From assembly GCA_048624115.1 (NCBI GenBank), contig JBMCTC010000001.1, positions 1 to 44,818 of the forward strand: a stretch of DNA of 44,818 bases, given 5' to 3'. This DNA is from Spirochaetota bacterium. GTDB taxonomy: Bacteria > Spirochaetota > Spirochaetia > DSM-27196 > SLST01. This document shows, one piece after another, positions 43,012-44,818 of the stretch. A program made the position numbers and the translations under genes. The notes beneath the pieces were generated by a model. It had not been told where the DNA came from, made no database searches, and saw nothing but the letters and a program-made list of their open reading frames with translations. Within the stretch, counting starts at the first letter, position 1, and each line of letters starts with the position of its first letter.

Positions 43012-44818
43012 TGTCGCGGGGCTTGCTGCCCTGCTGTGGACCGACGATACCCATTCGCTCCATCTCTTCTACGATCCGGGCGGCACGGTTGTAGCCGATT
43101 TTCAGACGTCGCTGCAGGTAGCTCGCGCTCGCCTTTCCGGCGGTCGTGACAATCTCGATCGCCTTCTCCATGAGTGGGTCTTCGAGCTCACCCTGTAGGT
43201 AATCCTCATCATCATCTTCTACAAAGATCTCGTCATCGATGTACTCGGGCTCACCGAGTTGCTTGACGTACGTGACAACACGCTCCACTTCCTCTTCGCT
43301 CAAGAAGGCGCCCTGCATTCGTGTCGGAAAGGGATCCCACGCGCTCGTGAAGAGCATGTCGCCGCGGCCGAGCAGCTTCTCTGCACCCATCGTGTCGAGG
43401 ATGATACGAGAGTCGATTTTGCTTGCCACCATAAAGGCGATGCGACTCGGAATGTTTGCCTTGATAAGACCGGTGATGACGTCGGTACTCGGGCGTTGTG
43501 TCGCAAGCACAAGGTGAATCCCGACCGCACGGCTCATTGCCGCGAGTCGCGCGAGCGTACCCTCGAGTTCTTTGCCACTTGTTGCCATGAGGTCGGCGAA
43601 CTCATCGACCACCACGACGATGTAGGGAAGCGGCTCAGTCGCCAATCGCTTGGTCTTGATTTTCTTGTTGTAGCTCTGAATGTCCCGGACCTGCAGCGCG
43701 TCGAGCAGACTGTACCGCCGCTCCATCTCATAGATGCACCACTGCAACGCCTGGAACGCGCGCTTGGGGTCGGTGATGACCGGGGTAAGCAGATGAGGGA
43801 TATCGTTGTAGAACTTGAGCTCGACAATCTTTGGGTCGATGAGGACCAGCTTGACCTCGTGCGGTGCCCGCCGATAGAGGATCGAGCAGATGATCGAGTT
43901 CACGCACACCGACTTACCGCTACCGGTCGCACCGGCGATCAGTACGTGGGGCATCCGGGTAAGGTCGACGATCTCCGCGTCTCCCGGAATGTCCTTTCCG
44001 AGTGCAATCGGCACCTCCATCCGCGGCGCCTGAAACGCCTCTTCTTGGACCAACTCCGCGAACCCGACAATCGCTCGTTCCTTGTTTGGGATCTCGATTC
44101 CCACCGCGTGCTTCCCGGGGATAGGAGCTACAATACGAACGCTCGAAGCCGCGAGTCGAAGCGCAATGTTGTCGCTCAAGTTCACGATCTTGCTGAGCTT
44201 TACGCCGGGCGCCGGCAAGATCTCGAACATCGTGATCACCGGCCCCTTGCGAATCCCGGTAACCTCGGCCTGGATCCCAAACTCCTCGAGGGTGATACGA
44301 AGCGTCTCGGCAGCCTCACGGGTCTTATCATCTATCTGCCAGTAGTGACCGTTGCTATACTCTTGAAGCAGCCCGGAAACCGGCACATCGTAGCGCTTGC
44401 TCCGAGGTCGCGGCACCTTCGGTGCATCCGACTCGGCCTGGTCCGCGGGATCCGCGTCCTCACCCTTTTCGTCGAGTTCAATCTGATCCGCCGGTGCGTC
44501 AGGCACGTCTTCCGGCGTTTTGCTCGGCGATACACCGTCGCCTCGGGTGCGCCGACCCGTGCGGCTATACTGCGCCTCCGATCGCGCCCACGCCGCGTCG
44601 AGCTCCTCCGCCTCGAGCTCATCGATTTCCACATCATCGGCATCGTCGCCGGCCGCGCAATCCGAATGGGGCTCGATGCGGCCGTGCGAGAAAAACACCT
44701 CGAGCTCCGGCTTATTCGCCGGTGGCCCATCCGCGGGTGGCTGAGCCACTATGCCGCTCACCGGCCCATCCACTGGTGGATGGTCCACTGGTGGATGGTC
44801 CACTGGTGGATGGTCCAC
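42986..44818 (-). CDS. ftsK: DNA translocase FtsK/SpoIIIE (linker, motor and gamma domains); 5' end lies beyond the window
   Basis: Walker A LIAGATGSGKSV, Walker B VVVVDEFADLM and the gamma winged helix SASYLQRRLKIGYNRAARIVEEME. The ORF is open to the window edge. Confidence 0.9.
   Translation of the reverse strand: MDHPPVDHPPVDHPPVDGPVSGIVAQPPADGPPANKPELEVFFSHGRIEPHSDCAAGDDADDVEIDELEAEELDAAWARSEAQYSRTGRRTRGDGVSPSKTPEDVPDAPADQIELDEKGEDADPADQAESDAPKVPRPRSKRYDVPVSGLLQEYSNGHYWQIDDKTREAAETLRITLEEFGIQAEVTGIRKGPVITMFEILPAPGVKLSKIVNLSDNIALRLAASSVRIVAPIPGKHAVGIEIPNKERAIVGFAELVQEEAFQAPRMEVPIALGKDIPGDAEIVDLTRMPHVLIAGATGSGKSVCVNSIICSILYRRAPHEVKLVLIDPKIVELKFYNDIPHLLTPVITDPKRAFQALQWCIYEMERRYSLLDALQVRDIQSYNKKIKTKRLATEPLPYIVVVVDEFADLMATSGKELEGTLARLAAMSRAVGIHLVLATQRPSTDVITGLIKANIPSRIAFMVASKIDSRIILDTMGAEKLLGRGDMLFTSAWDPFPTRMQGAFLSEEEVERVVTYVKQLGEPEYIDDEIFVEDDDEDYLQGELEDPLMEKAIEIVTTAGKASASYLQRRLKIGYNRAARIVEEMERMGIVGPQQGSKPRDIIGSADRL
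44770..44818. repeat. 15-bp perfect tandem repeat (at least 3.3 copies, cut by the window edge) inside the ftsK linker
   Basis: ccactggtggatggt repeated head-to-tail. On the minus strand it encodes (PPVDH)n. Confidence 0.85.

Noticed and set aside
1-44818. Search for a mobile element, a defence island, toxin-antitoxin pairs, tRNA/rRNA genes or riboswitch-like leaders.
   Set aside because: I recognised no integrase, transposase, recombinase, restriction-modification or Cas gene, no terminal inverted repeats, and no cloverleaf-like sequence in any intergenic gap. All gaps are under 180 bp and are explained by promoters or hairpins.

Overview
This is a GC-rich (roughly 60% by eye) bacterial chromosomal segment that is almost fully coding, with about 36 credible CDS. 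I found no rRNA, tRNA, CRISPR array, transposase, integrase or prophage genes. The gene content (a bifurcating-type [FeFe]-hydrogenase with Rex, many ABC importers, fliS, charge-rich proteins) suggests an anaerobic, saccharolytic, motile bacterium, possibly Spirochaetota- or Firmicutes-like; this is inference only. Layout: (1) 1-8543 is a sugar-utilisation locus with a truncated AraC-type response regulator, two glycoside-hydrolase-like proteins of unassigned family and an LplABC-type ABC importer. (2) 8641-10233 is an amidohydrolase followed by a 3 x ~38-bp tandem repeat. (3) 10347-15885 is a minus-strand array of a zinc-ribbon protein, a beta-propeller/CE4 deacetylase fusion, fliS, a coiled-coil protein and a DUF4914-like P-loop protein. 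(4) Next come an AlaX-like editing protein, a PIN-PhoH ATPase and an M20 amidohydrolase. (5) 19881-23676 is a translationally coupled XPB-type helicase plus a large partner that by eye resembles TFIIH p52/Tfb2 with a WYL-like tail. This is the most interesting functionally undefined module, and it sits at the window centre. (6) 23660-39368 is a long minus-strand array: aroDE, a degenerate-GGDEF/EAL protein, a small membrane protein, an Opp/Dpp-type peptide ABC importer, and a five-gene HydABC-type [FeFe]-hydrogenase operon with an embedded GHKL ATPase and a cysteine-free HndB-like subunit. (7) 39543-42167 is a divergent rex / CBS-GHKL / DRTGG / PHP putative regulatory operon. (8) The window ends with a secreted helical protein and the 3' part of ftsK, which runs off the edge. 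All functional calls come from motif recognition by eye on the supplied ORF translations. No database searches were run.
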